A stretch of DNA of 64,000 nt from Verrucomicrobiota bacterium (lineage in GTDB: Bacteria > Verrucomicrobiota > Verrucomicrobiia > Limisphaerales > SXQI01), in assembly GCA_033762115.1 (NCBI GenBank), contig JANRLX010000092.1, positions 1 to 64,000 of the forward strand, given 5' to 3'. Position 1 is the first letter of the stretch, and each line of letters opens with the position of its first letter. The translations under genes and the position numbers were made by a program. Below the pieces are notes generated by a model. That model worked only from the letters and a program-made list of their open reading frames with translations. It did not search any database and was not told where the DNA came from. Below, piece by piece: positions 54,779-64,000 of this stretch.

Positions 54779-56599
54779 TTAGGCGGATTCGAGTTGCTGG
54801 AATCCCTCTTCAACAAACGTGGTGTTTTGGATCCGTGCGAGCTTGGCGTAAAGACCATTCTTCACGAGCAATTCTTCATGTGTTCCCCGTTCGACAATTT
54901 CACCCCGTTGCAGGACCAGGATCTGGTCTGCTTTTCGTACCGTGCTCAAGCGGTGGGCAATCACAAAACTGGTGCGGTTTGCCATTAACCGCTCCAGTGC
55001 CTCCTGGATCAACCGCTCCGTGGCCGTATCCACGCTGGCCGTGGCTTCATCCAGAATCAGGATCGGCGTGTTCTTCAGCAGGGCGCGGGCAATGCTGATC
55101 CGCTGCTTTTCCCCCACGCTGAGTTTGACTCCCCGTTCGCCTACTCGGGCTTCGTAACCATCACTCATCTTTGAAATGAACTCATGGCAATTGGCGGCTT
55201 GCGCAGCAGCGATCAACTGTTCCTCCGTGGCATCAAGGTTCCCGTAAAGCAGGTTCTCACGGATGGTTCCGTTGAACAGGAATGGCTCCTGGCTGACGAT
55301 GCTGATATGGGAGCGCAATGAGTGGATTGAAATATGAGTCAGGTCATGGCCATCGATGGTGATTCTCCCACCGCTCAAGGGGTAAAAAGCTGGCAACAGG
55401 TTGACCAGGCTCGACTTGCCCGCTCCTGTGGGCCCGACCAACGCAATCATCTCCCCCGGTTGTGCGTGAAGTGAAACGTCCCGCAGCACAGGGGTGTTTG
55501 CCACATAGGAGAAACTCACATGGTCATACACAACTTCTCCCCGGACTTCCGAAAGGGTGATTAATTGATCCGCTGGCTGCTTCTCCACATCCGAGTCCAG
55601 AATATCGAAGACCCGTTCCCCAGCCGCGCGCGCTGCCTGCAGCATCTGGTTCAGCCCATGAAGACGCCCGACCGGTTCATAAAAAAGATTCAGGTAAATC
55701 AGGAAACCGATTAATTCCCCAATTGTCATCTGGTTTGACAGGACATGCCGCCCCCCCACCCAGAGCACCAGGCTGATCCCGAGCGCGGAAGCAAAACTCA
55801 TTGCGGGCGAGTACATCGACCAGACCCGCATGACCGCCAGGCTCCCTTTGCGAAGATCATCCGCCCGGCTGGCGAACCGCCCATCCTCATGTCCCTCCCG
55901 GCCATAAGCCTTGATCTGCCGAATCCCCTGAAGGTTGTCCATCAACAGCGCGTTCATCGCGCTTGAAGCCTGCCGTTGCAACCGGTAACGGCGATGCGCA
56001 GTGAGCGTGTACCAGAGCGCGCCCACAAAAAGAATCGGCAATGGAATCATCGCCACCCATGCCAGGGTCGGGTTGGTGCTGAACATGATCGCGAGCACCC
56101 CGAGGATACTCAGGATTGAAACGGTCCCTTGTTCAGTCCCGTCGATCAACACCCGCTCCACGGAATTGATATCCTCGATCACCCGTGTCATCAGGTCTCC
56201 GGACGCTCTTTGGTCAAAGTAACCGACAGGAAGTCGTTGCAGTTTGCCATAGACCTCACAACGCATGTCAAAGATCACATGCTGCTCGAATGCGTTGTTT
56301 AATCGGATGCGAAGGCTGTTGAACAGGTCTCGCAACAGGAAAGCACCGATCAAGCCGAGTGAAACCGGCACCAGCAGTTCCCTTCGACCGGCGCCGATCA
56401 CATCGTCAATGATCATTTGGGTCAGCTTCGGGTAGGCGAAGGAAAAACCAAGCGAGAGCAGCGCAAAACCCATCGTGCCAATCGCATACCAATGATAAGG
56501 CCGCAGGTACCGGCTGACCCGGCGCACAATCTCCCACGTCGACCGGGAACGTGCGGTCATCGTCGGGTCATCGTGCATTGCATGACGGCGTTGTGCCAT
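54779..56599 (-). CDS. ABC exporter, fused TMD + NBD (MsbA/MdlB-like)
   Basis: Hydrophobic N-terminal half; GPTGAGKS, LSVGEKQ, LILDEAT, AHRLS. Confidence 0.93.
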   Translation of the reverse strand: MAQRRHAMHDDPTMTARSRSTWEIVRRVSRYLRPYHWYAIGTMGFALLSLGFSFAYPKLTQMIIDDVIGAGRRELLVPVSLGLIGAFLLRDLFNSLRIRLNNAFEQHVIFDMRCEVYGKLQRLPVGYFDQRASGDLMTRVIEDINSVERVLIDGTEQGTVSILSILGVLAIMFSTNPTLAWVAMIPLPILFVGALWYTLTAHRRYRLQRQASSAMNALLMDNLQGIRQIKAYGREGHEDGRFASRADDLRKGSLAVMRVWSMYSPAMSFASALGISLVLWVGGRHVLSNQMTIGELIGFLIYLNLFYEPVGRLHGLNQMLQAARAAGERVFDILDSDVEKQPADQLITLSEVRGEVVYDHVSFSYVANTPVLRDVSLHAQPGEMIALVGPTGAGKSSLVNLLPAFYPLSGGRITIDGHDLTHISIHSLRSHISIVSQEPFLFNGTIRENLLYGNLDATEEQLIAAAQAANCHEFISKMSDGYEARVGERGVKLSVGEKQRISIARALLKNTPILILDEATASVDTATERLIQEALERLMANRTSFVIAHRLSTVRKADQILVLQRGEIVERGTHEELLVKNGLYAKLARIQNTTFVEEGFQQLESA

Positions 56600-56705
56600 G
56601 GCTCAATTGTGCTGCACTCATTTCGGTTTTGAAAGCCCTCTCCTGCGATTCTCACGCCCTGCCAATCCGATTTGCAAATCGTCATTCCCCGGATTAAGCT
56701 CTGGC

Positions 56706-58409
56706 ATGGCTGAGTCCAAGAAGAAGGCCGGTTCGCACTCGTTTCAAAAACCAGCATCTGAAACTTCCGGTTCACCCACTCCTTTGAACGATCTTTTATC
56801 GCGCGAGGACCTGGACCGATTGTCCACTTTGCAGCTTCTGGATCTCATCGCCAGCAAACTGCCGCCGCGTCACTCCTCCCTGATCGATCTGGTCTATCTC
56901 CGGGAGAGAATTTCAGGAATGGAGGAACTCAATTTCCAGGCCCAGCAGGCGATCGAGAAGCTTGATGAAATTGTCGAAAAACTCCGCTCTCCCGCTTTTC
57001 GTGTGGGCACTTTTTTGATGCCAATCGAACCGGACAAAGCCCATGTGTGCGTTGGCGGCACTGATTTTGTCTGCCGTCTTGATCCGCAAATCCCCCTTTC
57101 CAGCCTTCAGGTCGGTCAACGAGTGCTCTGCAACGAAGCTTTTGCTGTTGTGCAGGGTCTTGGCTTTGATCGCAACGGCCCCATCGTGCGCATTGAGGAA
57201 CTGCTTTCTGACGGGCGTTTGCGGATTGGCCAGGAAACCGGCATCGCACCGCTGGTCATACTTCGCTCTGCCCTGCTGGGAAAAGAGAAGCTGAAGCAGG
57301 GACTTGAAGTGCGGCTGGACGCCAATCAACGCGTGGCCCTTGAAGTCATCGGTGTGGGAAAACGGATCGAACGTTCCCTTGAAACCGTCACTGAACTCCC
57401 CTGGAGCGCCATTGGTGGTCAGGAGGATGCCGTGCAGGCCATCCGCGACACGATCGAAATGCCTTTCTTGCATGCGGATCTTTTCAAGCGCTTTCAATAC
57501 AACGTGCCGAAAGGGTTCCTGCTTTACGGCCCGCCCGGTTGCGGCAAAACATTGCTCGGCAAGGCCACGGCCTACAACCTGCGCCAGCAATTGCGTGAAA
57601 AAACCGGCGTTGATCACCCCGAGTTTTTCCTCCACGTCAAAGGCCCTGAAATCCTCAATATGTGGGTTGGGGAATCGGAACGGCAGGTCCGCGATTTATT
57701 TGCTCAATGCCGCGAACGGGCCAGCGAAGGCGCTTTGGCATTTCTGTTCATTGATGAAGCCGAGTCGCTCCTGGGAACGCGTCGCGCAGGCCGTTTCAAT
57801 AACATGTCGAGCACTCTGGTGCCAATGTTCTGCACTGAAATGGATGGCCTTGATCCTCTTCAGAACGTGGTTGTCATTCTTGCTTCAAATCGTGCTGATC
57901 TGATCGACCCCGCCATCCTGCGCCCCGGTCGCATCGACCGCAAAATCAAGGTCAACCGCCCGAACGAAGAGGGTGCGCGCCGCATTTATGAAATTTATTT
58001 GAAGGATGAACTGCCGCTGGCTGAACCACCTGCGGAATTGGCAGCGGCCATTTCCAAAGCCCAGTTTGCCCCAACACCCGAAAACCAATTCCTCGAAGTG
58101 GTTTATCGCAGTGGGAAAAAAGAGCTGCTTTACCGGGGCCAAATGGCCAGCGGCGCCATCATCGCTGCTGTCGTGTCCCGTGCCAAGAGCCTTGCGATCA
58201 AACGCAGCATTGATACCGCCCAGGAAACTCAAATCACCCGTGACGATTTGCTTCAGGCACTCGCGCTGGAGTATTCGGAAAATGACCTTTTCCCTGCGAC
58301 TGATATCACCGAAGACTGGCTCAAGCTCACTGACTTTGACCCGGACAATGTCATTCGGCTCGGTCCGGTCCGGCCACGCAAACTCGAGCGTTCCTCAGGG
58401 GTGGTTTAA
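56706..58409 (+). CDS. ARC/Mpa-type proteasome-associated AAA ATPase
   Basis: N-terminal coiled coil and OB-like region; PKG.LLYGPPGCGKT, KGPEILNMWVGESER, FIDE, STLVP, ASNR.DLIDPAILRPGR, FLEV.Y.SG..E.LY, SGA.I...V.RAK..AIKR. Confidence 0.85.
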   Translation: MAESKKKAGSHSFQKPASETSGSPTPLNDLLSREDLDRLSTLQLLDLIASKLPPRHSSLIDLVYLRERISGMEELNFQAQQAIEKLDEIVEKLRSPAFRVGTFLMPIEPDKAHVCVGGTDFVCRLDPQIPLSSLQVGQRVLCNEAFAVVQGLGFDRNGPIVRIEELLSDGRLRIGQETGIAPLVILRSALLGKEKLKQGLEVRLDANQRVALEVIGVGKRIERSLETVTELPWSAIGGQEDAVQAIRDTIEMPFLHADLFKRFQYNVPKGFLLYGPPGCGKTLLGKATAYNLRQQLREKTGVDHPEFFLHVKGPEILNMWVGESERQVRDLFAQCRERASEGALAFLFIDEAESLLGTRRAGRFNNMSSTLVPMFCTEMDGLDPLQNVVVILASNRADLIDPAILRPGRIDRKIKVNRPNEEGARRIYEIYLKDELPLAEPPAELAAAISKAQFAPTPENQFLEVVYRSGKKELLYRGQMASGAIIAAVVSRAKSLAIKRSIDTAQETQITRDDLLQALALEYSENDLFPATDITEDWLKLTDFDPDNVIRLGPVRPRKLERSSGVV

Positions 58410-58412
58410 ATT

Positions 58413-59741
58413 CTAATCCTCGTGCAGGCTTTTTGGCTCCGGCAGGAAAAAAGCGACCACCACCGCGGGGATAAATAGAAACCCATTGTAAAGCAGCGCT
58501 GTCCGGAAATCACCGATGATCGCCAGTTGCCCGAAAATAATCGTTCCTGCCGCAGCAAAAATCCGTCCGATATTATAGCAAAATCCTGCGCCGGTGGTTC
58601 GCAACAGCGTTGGAAAAAGCGGTGGCAGGTACATCGTAAACAAGCCGAAGACACCCGAGAAAAAACCCACCAGCGGAATCCATCCCAATAATTCCGTATG
58701 GCTTCGGGTGACCCCGTAACCACCCAGGATCGAAACAAAAAATCCCAGGCACATCACCGCTATCGACCGTCTGTATCCAACTTTTGTTGCAACCCAGGCT
58801 GCAAAAAAATTCCCGACAATGGACGCCGAGATAACAATGAAAAAAGCTTTGCTGACCAATTGTTCCCGCTCAGCCGCTGGCACTCCGGCAACCGTTGCCA
58901 GATTACGCATGTGCTGCGGGTTCCAGAACATGAACGCCCACCATGCCGTCAATGAACTGGCGCACACGATGATTGTCAGGATGGTCGTGCGCAGGACCTT
59001 CCCTTTAAAAAGCTCAGCCAGCCCCGGTTCCTCACCTTTGGTTGCCAGCTTGGCCCGGTGCCATTCCTCCGGTTCCGGAACGTTCTTGCGAATCCAGAAC
59101 ACCAGCAACGCTGGAAGAATGCCCACCAGGAACACGTAGCGAGGATTATAATCCTTGCTGAACGACATCGTATAAACCGTCACGCACGCCAGGAGCACCC
59201 CAATATTCACTCCGGTTTGCAGCACCGCCGCGATCCATGGCCTCCATTTCTTTGGCCATGTCTCGGAAAGCAGGGAAGAACCCACCGCCCATTCCCCTCC
59301 GATGCCCAGCGCCGCCAGAAACCGGAAGATCATCAACTGCCACCAGTTTTGCGCCACTGCGGACAGCCCGGTAAAAATCGCATAGGTCAGGATCGTCAGG
59401 CTTAACGCGCGGCTCCTTCCGATCTTGTCACCAAGCCTTCCAAAGAAACCGCCCCCCAATGCCCACCCCACCAGAAATGCCGCCTGGATATAAGAACTGT
59501 AGGTTTTGACATTCGGATCGCTGGCGCTTTGCGCCGCCACCAGCGTCATCACGAATGGTGCCGCCACCAACGTGTAAAGATGCATGTCCAGCCCATCGAA
59601 AAGCCAGCCCAGCCAGGCTGCCATTCCGGAACGCCATTGCTGCGGAGATAAATCCTTGAGGCGACGCACTTCACCTTTTGGCGCATTGACGAGTCGCTCC
59701 GTTTCAGGCGTGGCACGACCCTGCATGAGATTCTCTTCCAT
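58413..59741 (-). CDS. MFS transporter (sugar/organic acid-like)
   Basis: FDGLD, GRLGDKIGR motif A, GIGGEW, many TM segments. Confidence 0.92.
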   Translation of the reverse strand: MEENLMQGRATPETERLVNAPKGEVRRLKDLSPQQWRSGMAAWLGWLFDGLDMHLYTLVAAPFVMTLVAAQSASDPNVKTYSSYIQAAFLVGWALGGGFFGRLGDKIGRSRALSLTILTYAIFTGLSAVAQNWWQLMIFRFLAALGIGGEWAVGSSLLSETWPKKWRPWIAAVLQTGVNIGVLLACVTVYTMSFSKDYNPRYVFLVGILPALLVFWIRKNVPEPEEWHRAKLATKGEEPGLAELFKGKVLRTTILTIIVCASSLTAWWAFMFWNPQHMRNLATVAGVPAAEREQLVSKAFFIVISASIVGNFFAAWVATKVGYRRSIAVMCLGFFVSILGGYGVTRSHTELLGWIPLVGFFSGVFGLFTMYLPPLFPTLLRTTGAGFCYNIGRIFAAAGTIIFGQLAIIGDFRTALLYNGFLFIPAVVVAFFLPEPKSLHED

Positions 59742-59873
59742 GGAATGGGGTTCAAGCTTTCTACATGAAACGCAACTGCTTTTGCAACCTGCATTTCCAA
59801 TTACCGTGCCGTGGCTCCCCTGGATGATTTTCTCTTTGCACGGAAATCGTGACAGGGTAATTTAGGCCAACAC

Positions 59874-59947
59874 TGTCCGATGGTGTAATGGTAGCACATG
59901 GCCCTTTGGAGGCTATTGTCATGGTTCGAATCCATGTCGGACAGCCA
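59874..59947 (+). tRNA. tRNA-Gln(TTG)
   Basis: TGTCCGA/TCGGACA acceptor stem, anticodon loop CTTTGGA, GTTCGAATC, CCA. Confidence 0.95.
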
Positions 59948-60001
59948 ATCTCTCCTTGATCTTCCTTGATTTGCCCGGTTTCAGCGTGAAACATTCAATG
60001 C

Positions 60002-60688
60002 ATGTTCAAGCCCTGCCTGCTGCTCGTTTGTCTGGCAGTTTCAATTGCTGCGGCCCTGCCCGAACTGTTGGTTCCCCCACTGCACAATGAGGCAAATGGC
60101 CATGACTATATTTTATTGGATAGGTCGGACTGGGAGAATGCAGAAGCCGCTGCGGTTGCTCTGGGAGGGCATTTGGCGACAGTTCGAAATTCTGCAGAGC
60201 AGCAATGGCTTCTGACAACATTTGGAAGATACGGCGGGCAGCACCGCTTGCTATGGATTGGGCTGAACAACCTGAAATCCGTCTCCAGGTTTGAATGGGT
60301 TAGCGGTGAACCGGTGACTTACACCGAGTGGGCATCTGGCGAACCTAACAATGCCGATGGCAATGAGCGTTACGTTGCTTTGTACTATCCTGGCTTCAAC
60401 CAGCCTGGTGCATGGAATGACTGGAACTCCCGAACGGCTGATCCGATTGGAATTCCTTTTCACGGTGTCGTGGAGTTGATCCCACAATTGCGGATTACAC
60501 ATCTCCCGGATGGAAACCTGGAACTCTCCTGGCCATTGGGATTGCCTGAATATTTCCTGGAGGCGACCGATGATCTTTCCAAGCCGTTCTCTGGCTTCCA
60601 GTACGAGCGCGTTTCCGATACTGTAGCTGGCAGATTTATTGTCACCATTATTCCCACATCGACTCATTACATTCGGCTGAGACAATAA
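60002..60688 (+). CDS. Secreted C-type lectin domain protein
   Basis: Signal peptide; W..AEA....GGHLAT, WIGL, W.SGEPNN, WND; short C-terminal beta-rich tail ending YIRLRQ. Confidence 0.85.
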   Translation: MFKPCLLLVCLAVSIAAALPELLVPPLHNEANGHDYILLDRSDWENAEAAAVALGGHLATVRNSAEQQWLLTTFGRYGGQHRLLWIGLNNLKSVSRFEWVSGEPVTYTEWASGEPNNADGNERYVALYYPGFNQPGAWNDWNSRTADPIGIPFHGVVELIPQLRITHLPDGNLELSWPLGLPEYFLEATDDLSKPFSGFQYERVSDTVAGRFIVTIIPTSTHYIRLRQ

Positions 60689-60762
60689 TTCAGTTGACCC
60701 TGCGCATGGAGGAATCAAACCCACTTGACAGCGGGGGCTGTGAGGGGAACCCTTAATCCACT

Positions 60763-61173
60763 ATGTCGATTACCGCTGCAAACAGCCCGATCCAGCAAAA
60801 AACAATCGAGCTTTGCCAAACCATTTTAAATAACCCCGATTTCCGCGCTGTTCGCAGCCGTATTGATGCGTTCATGGCTGATGAACGGGCGAAGGAACAG
60901 TACCAATCCCTCGTCGAAAAAAGCGAAGAGCTGCACCACAAGCAGCACCAGGGCGTGCGCCTCTCTCAGGAGGAAATCTCCGCCTTTGAAAAGCAGCGGG
61001 ATGTCGTCATCAACAACCCTGTTGCCAAAGGTTTCATTGATGCCCAGCAGGAACTCCAGGAAGTGCAGGAGACCGTGACCAAATATATATCCAAAACCAT
61101 GGAGCTTGGGCGCGTGCCGGCTGAATCCGATCTGGAAGGCGGCAGCTGTGGTTCTGGTTGCGGTTGCCACTAA
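60763..61173 (+). CDS. YlbF/YmcA (Com_YlbF)-family protein
   Basis: Helical EL...I...N..V..F..AQ pattern and C-terminal GGSCGSGCGCH. Confidence 0.8.
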   Translation: MSITAANSPIQQKTIELCQTILNNPDFRAVRSRIDAFMADERAKEQYQSLVEKSEELHHKQHQGVRLSQEEISAFEKQRDVVINNPVAKGFIDAQQELQEVQETVTKYISKTMELGRVPAESDLEGGSCGSGCGCH

Positions 61174-61186
61174 AAGCGAATTTATC

Positions 61187-61225
61187 AGGCGCTTTCAGGT
61201 TTGACCTGAAGGCGCCTTTTTTATT
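61187..61225 (+). terminator. Intrinsic terminator
   Basis: AGGCGCTTTCAGGT-ttg-ACCTGAAGGCGCCT followed by a T run. Confidence 0.85.
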
Positions 61226-61251
61226 TCATCGAATAAATCCGAGAGGTTATT

Positions 61252-62121
61252 ATGAGCAATCCAGTTTCACGTCGCACCGCCCTGAAGTCAGCAGCCACCG
61301 CCACCGCATTTTTCGGCATCGCTTCCGGGATGGTTTCCCGCAGCCACGCAGCTGAGCGTAAAGGCAACATCAATCATTCCGTCTGTCGCTGGTGCTACGG
61401 CAAAATCCCCCTCGAGGAACTTTGCAAAGCCTCAAAGGAAATGGGGATCTCCTCTGTGGAATTACAGGGACCCAACGAATGGCCTATCCTCAAGCAATTT
61501 GGCCTCACCTGTGCCATGGCCAACGGCGCGGGCATGGGCATTGAAAAAGGTTTTAACCGTATTGAACACCACGAGGCTCTGGTCAAAAGCTACGAAGAGG
61601 TCATTCCCCTCGTCGCCAAGGCTGGATTGACCAATATCATCTGCTTTTCAGGTAACCGGGCGGGTCTTTCCGATGAGGATGGCATTAAAAACTGTGCCAT
61701 CGGTTTGAAGAAACTGATGCCCGTCGCAGAAAAGCACAAGATCAACGTGGTCATGGAACTGTTGAACAGCAAGGTCAACCACGCAGATTATCAATGCGAC
61801 CATACCGCCTGGGGCGTCGAAGTTTGCAAAGCAGTCGGCTCAGAGCGTTTCAAGTTGCTCTATGACATTTACCACATGCAAATCATGGAAGGAGATGTCA
61901 TCGCCACCATTCGTAAATTCCACCCTTACATCGCTCATTACCACACTGGCGGCGTTCCCGGACGCAATGAAATCGATGAAACCCAGGAGCTTTATTATCC
62001 GCCGATCATGAAAGCCATCGTCGAAACCGGCTTCAAGGGCCATGTGGCGCAGGAGTTCATCCCAAAACGTCCTGACGCCCTCGCTTCCCTCAAGCAAGGC
62101 GTCGATATTTGCGACGTCTGA
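61252..62121 (+). CDS. Tat-signal hydroxypyruvate isomerase/xylose-isomerase-like TIM barrel
   Basis: SRRTALK Tat motif; ELLNSKVNH, LLYDIYHMQIMEG, PGRNE. Confidence 0.88.
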   Translation: MSNPVSRRTALKSAATATAFFGIASGMVSRSHAAERKGNINHSVCRWCYGKIPLEELCKASKEMGISSVELQGPNEWPILKQFGLTCAMANGAGMGIEKGFNRIEHHEALVKSYEEVIPLVAKAGLTNIICFSGNRAGLSDEDGIKNCAIGLKKLMPVAEKHKINVVMELLNSKVNHADYQCDHTAWGVEVCKAVGSERFKLLYDIYHMQIMEGDVIATIRKFHPYIAHYHTGGVPGRNEIDETQELYYPPIMKAIVETGFKGHVAQEFIPKRPDALASLKQGVDICDV

Positions 62122-62296
62122 CCCAGGTTCAAACGTGACCCATTCATGGGTAAGCTTCTCGAATTCGGGAAGCTTTCCGTCGTGACAACTTTGAGGTCAC
62201 AGGTCGCGACATTGTTCCGCCATGAGCATTCATGGCACCCTTCTCAGAGAAAACTACTGGAGAAAACCATCCACTCAGACCATTCTCTCATATTAA

Positions 62297-63541
62297 ATGC
62301 TATTCCGTTCCGGAGAACAGTTTGATTCAAGGCACCGTGTCGTGGTTACCGGCGCGGGAATCGTAACCTCTCTCGGTCAAGGTTGGGAATCCAACGCAGC
62401 GGGTTTTCGGCACGGGCGCACCGCTTTCAGCCCCATTGAACATTTTGATACCAGCCGCCACCGCGTTAAATCTGCCGGTCTGGTGACTTTTTCTGGCACA
62501 TCGGATACCGGTTCCCTCTCACGTAGTCAGCGCCGCCGCCTGGACCGCGCTTCCAAACTCCTGCTTGCTGCCGGTTTAGAGGCCTGGAACGCTTCCGGGT
62601 GGCATCCAAACCAGGTCACACCCCTCATCCTCGGAACCACCAGCGGGGGAATGAATTTTGGTGAAGCATTTTATCGCACTGCCCTCAACCATTCCTCACG
62701 AAAAAAACTTCAGGCTACCCGCGTCAGCAATTACCTTCCGCAAACCCAGGCCAGCGATCTTCTGCAAGCCATCGGTTTTAAAGGCCCGGTAACCATTATT
62801 TCAAATGCCTGTGCTGCCGGGGCCAACGCCATCGGCCACGCTTTTGAATTGGTCCAAAGCGGTCGAAATGAACGTGTCTTCGCCGGGGGATACGACGCCA
62901 TCAGTGAAATGGTCTTTACCGGGTTCGATACTCTCAAAGCTCTTTCCCCCACCTGCTGCCGTCCCTTCGATGCAAACCGTGATGGACTCTCCCTCGGTGA
63001 AGGCGCTGCGATGCTGACCCTGGAGACACTCCAATCTGCCCGGCAACGTGAAGCAAAAATTTTCGGCGAAATCCTCGGCTACGGTGCCTCCACCGATTCT
63101 CACCACCTCACTCAACCACATCCACAGGGGAACGCCGCCCTGCTCTCGATGGAAGCCGCTTGCGCAAAGGCCGGGGTCACTCCCCGCCAGGTCGGCTATA
63201 TCAACGCACATGGCACCGGCACCCCATTGAACGATTCTGCTGAAGCCACCGCGATCAACCGTTGGCGCGGGGATTCAAAGGTGCGGGTGAGTTCCACAAA
63301 AGCCGGCATCGGTCACCTCCTGGGTGCAGCTGGAGCGGTCGAGGCGGTGGTTTGTCTCATGGCTTTGACCGGGCAATGGTATCCGCCCACCTCCACATTG
63401 ATTTCACCTGATCCAGCCGCCACTTTTGACATCGTTTCCGGACCCTCGGATGCAATCAAAGAACCTCTGGAGCACGCCCTCACGAACTCCTTCGGTTTCG
63501 GTGGAGCAAATGCTTCACTCCTTTTCAGGAGGTGGGGTTGA
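62297..63541 (+). CDS. Beta-ketoacyl-ACP synthase (FabF/KS-alpha-like)
   Basis: NACAAG (Cys), NAHGTGT, STKAGIGHLLGAAG, NSFGFGG. Confidence 0.93.
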   Translation: MLFRSGEQFDSRHRVVVTGAGIVTSLGQGWESNAAGFRHGRTAFSPIEHFDTSRHRVKSAGLVTFSGTSDTGSLSRSQRRRLDRASKLLLAAGLEAWNASGWHPNQVTPLILGTTSGGMNFGEAFYRTALNHSSRKKLQATRVSNYLPQTQASDLLQAIGFKGPVTIISNACAAGANAIGHAFELVQSGRNERVFAGGYDAISEMVFTGFDTLKALSPTCCRPFDANRDGLSLGEGAAMLTLETLQSARQREAKIFGEILGYGASTDSHHLTQPHPQGNAALLSMEAACAKAGVTPRQVGYINAHGTGTPLNDSAEATAINRWRGDSKVRVSSTKAGIGHLLGAAGAVEAVVCLMALTGQWYPPTSTLISPDPAATFDIVSGPSDAIKEPLEHALTNSFGFGGANASLLFRRWG

Positions 63542-64000
63542 GTCGCGTCTATGTTCACGGTTCCGGGGCTGTCTCACCCGGTGGATGGGGGGCTGCCGCG
63601 CTTTATGAGACCATCGAAAAAGGAATTCCCCTCCGATCATCGGAATTGCAGGTTCCTGGTCGCATCCGCCCACTTTCCATCCTTCCTGTTCCGCCCCCGG
63701 TGAACCGACCCTCCTATTTAAACCATGCTCGCCTTCGCCGCAGTAGTGCCCTCAGCCAGCATTCCGTGGCAGCAGGCCGCGAAGCCCTTGGAAATCTCAC
63801 CCCCAGGGTGGAGAATGGTGCACTTCGGCTCGGGGTCATCTTTTGTGTCATGTCCGGGTGTGTCGCCTACTCCCGCCGGTTTTACGATGAAACCCTCAAA
63901 GATCCTCAAACCGCCAGTCCTCTCGTTTTTCCGGAAACTGTCTTCAATGCCCCCGCAAGCCACATTTCCGCCCTTCTCAATCTTTCATCCATCAACTACA
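63538..64000 (+). CDS. Ketosynthase-like / chain-length-factor-like protein, 3' truncated by window
   Basis: Not in the ORF track; TTG overlaps the KS stop (TTGA); my translation MSRVYVHGSGAVSPGGWG...RLRR...ASPLVFPETVFNAPASHIS is open to the window end. Confidence 0.8.
   Translation, partial: MSRVYVHGSGAVSPGGWGAAALYETIEKGIPLRSSELQVPGRIRPLSILPVPPPVNRPSYLNHARLRRSSALSQHSVAAGREALGNLTPRVENGALRLGVIFCVMSGCVAYSRRFYDETLKDPQTASPLVFPETVFNAPASHISALLNLSSINY

Noticed and set aside
59977..59993. parS-like palindrome GGTTTCAGCGTGAAACA
   Set aside because: It has one extra central base relative to the 16-bp parS consensus (GTTTCA-CG-TGAAAC), which breaks the half-site spacing; it also overlaps a likely promoter.
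59874..62121. Genomic island integrated at tRNA-Gln
   Set aside because: No integrase, no duplicated tRNA 3' end seen and no clear composition shift.
62153..62176. Palindrome AAGCTTCTCGAATTCGGGAAGCTT
   Set aside because: A single hairpin after the isomerase gene, most simply a terminator or stabilising stem; no other copies seen.

Overview
Chromosomal, mostly housekeeping window from a bacterium that looks like a member of the PVC superphylum, most likely Verrucomicrobiota. This placement is an inference from a PVC-type CxxCH heme protein, the variant EF-Tu switch I and the tRNA-Thr-tuf-tRNA-Trp-secE layout. The core content is sucC'-sucD, yajC-secDF-terC-exoD-recJ, the tuf-secE-nusG-rplKAJL-rpoBC cluster with three tRNAs, parB-pfkB-like-def, purA-uppS, a cysteine desulfurase and tRNA-Gln. 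Scattered among these are glycosyltransferase/polysaccharide genes, two-component proteins and stress-type genes, and a KS/CLF-like ketosynthase pair begins at the right edge. I saw no CRISPR array, rRNA, integrase, transposase or prophage, and I cannot point to a clearly new multi-gene system. The best leads are: an orphan ARC/Mpa-type proteasomal ATPase lacking the HbYX tail; an in-frame MobA-ModF-like ABC ATPase fusion; TerC tightly coupled to secDF; a 167-bp CTAG-flanked palindromic MITE-like element; a candidate attenuator ahead of purA; a structured rplJ-rplL spacer; the non-canonical EF-Tu switch I; and repeated leaderless-type promoters. All protein calls come from motif recognition by eye; no database searches were run. 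Several start codons were moved from the ORF track to more plausible positions.
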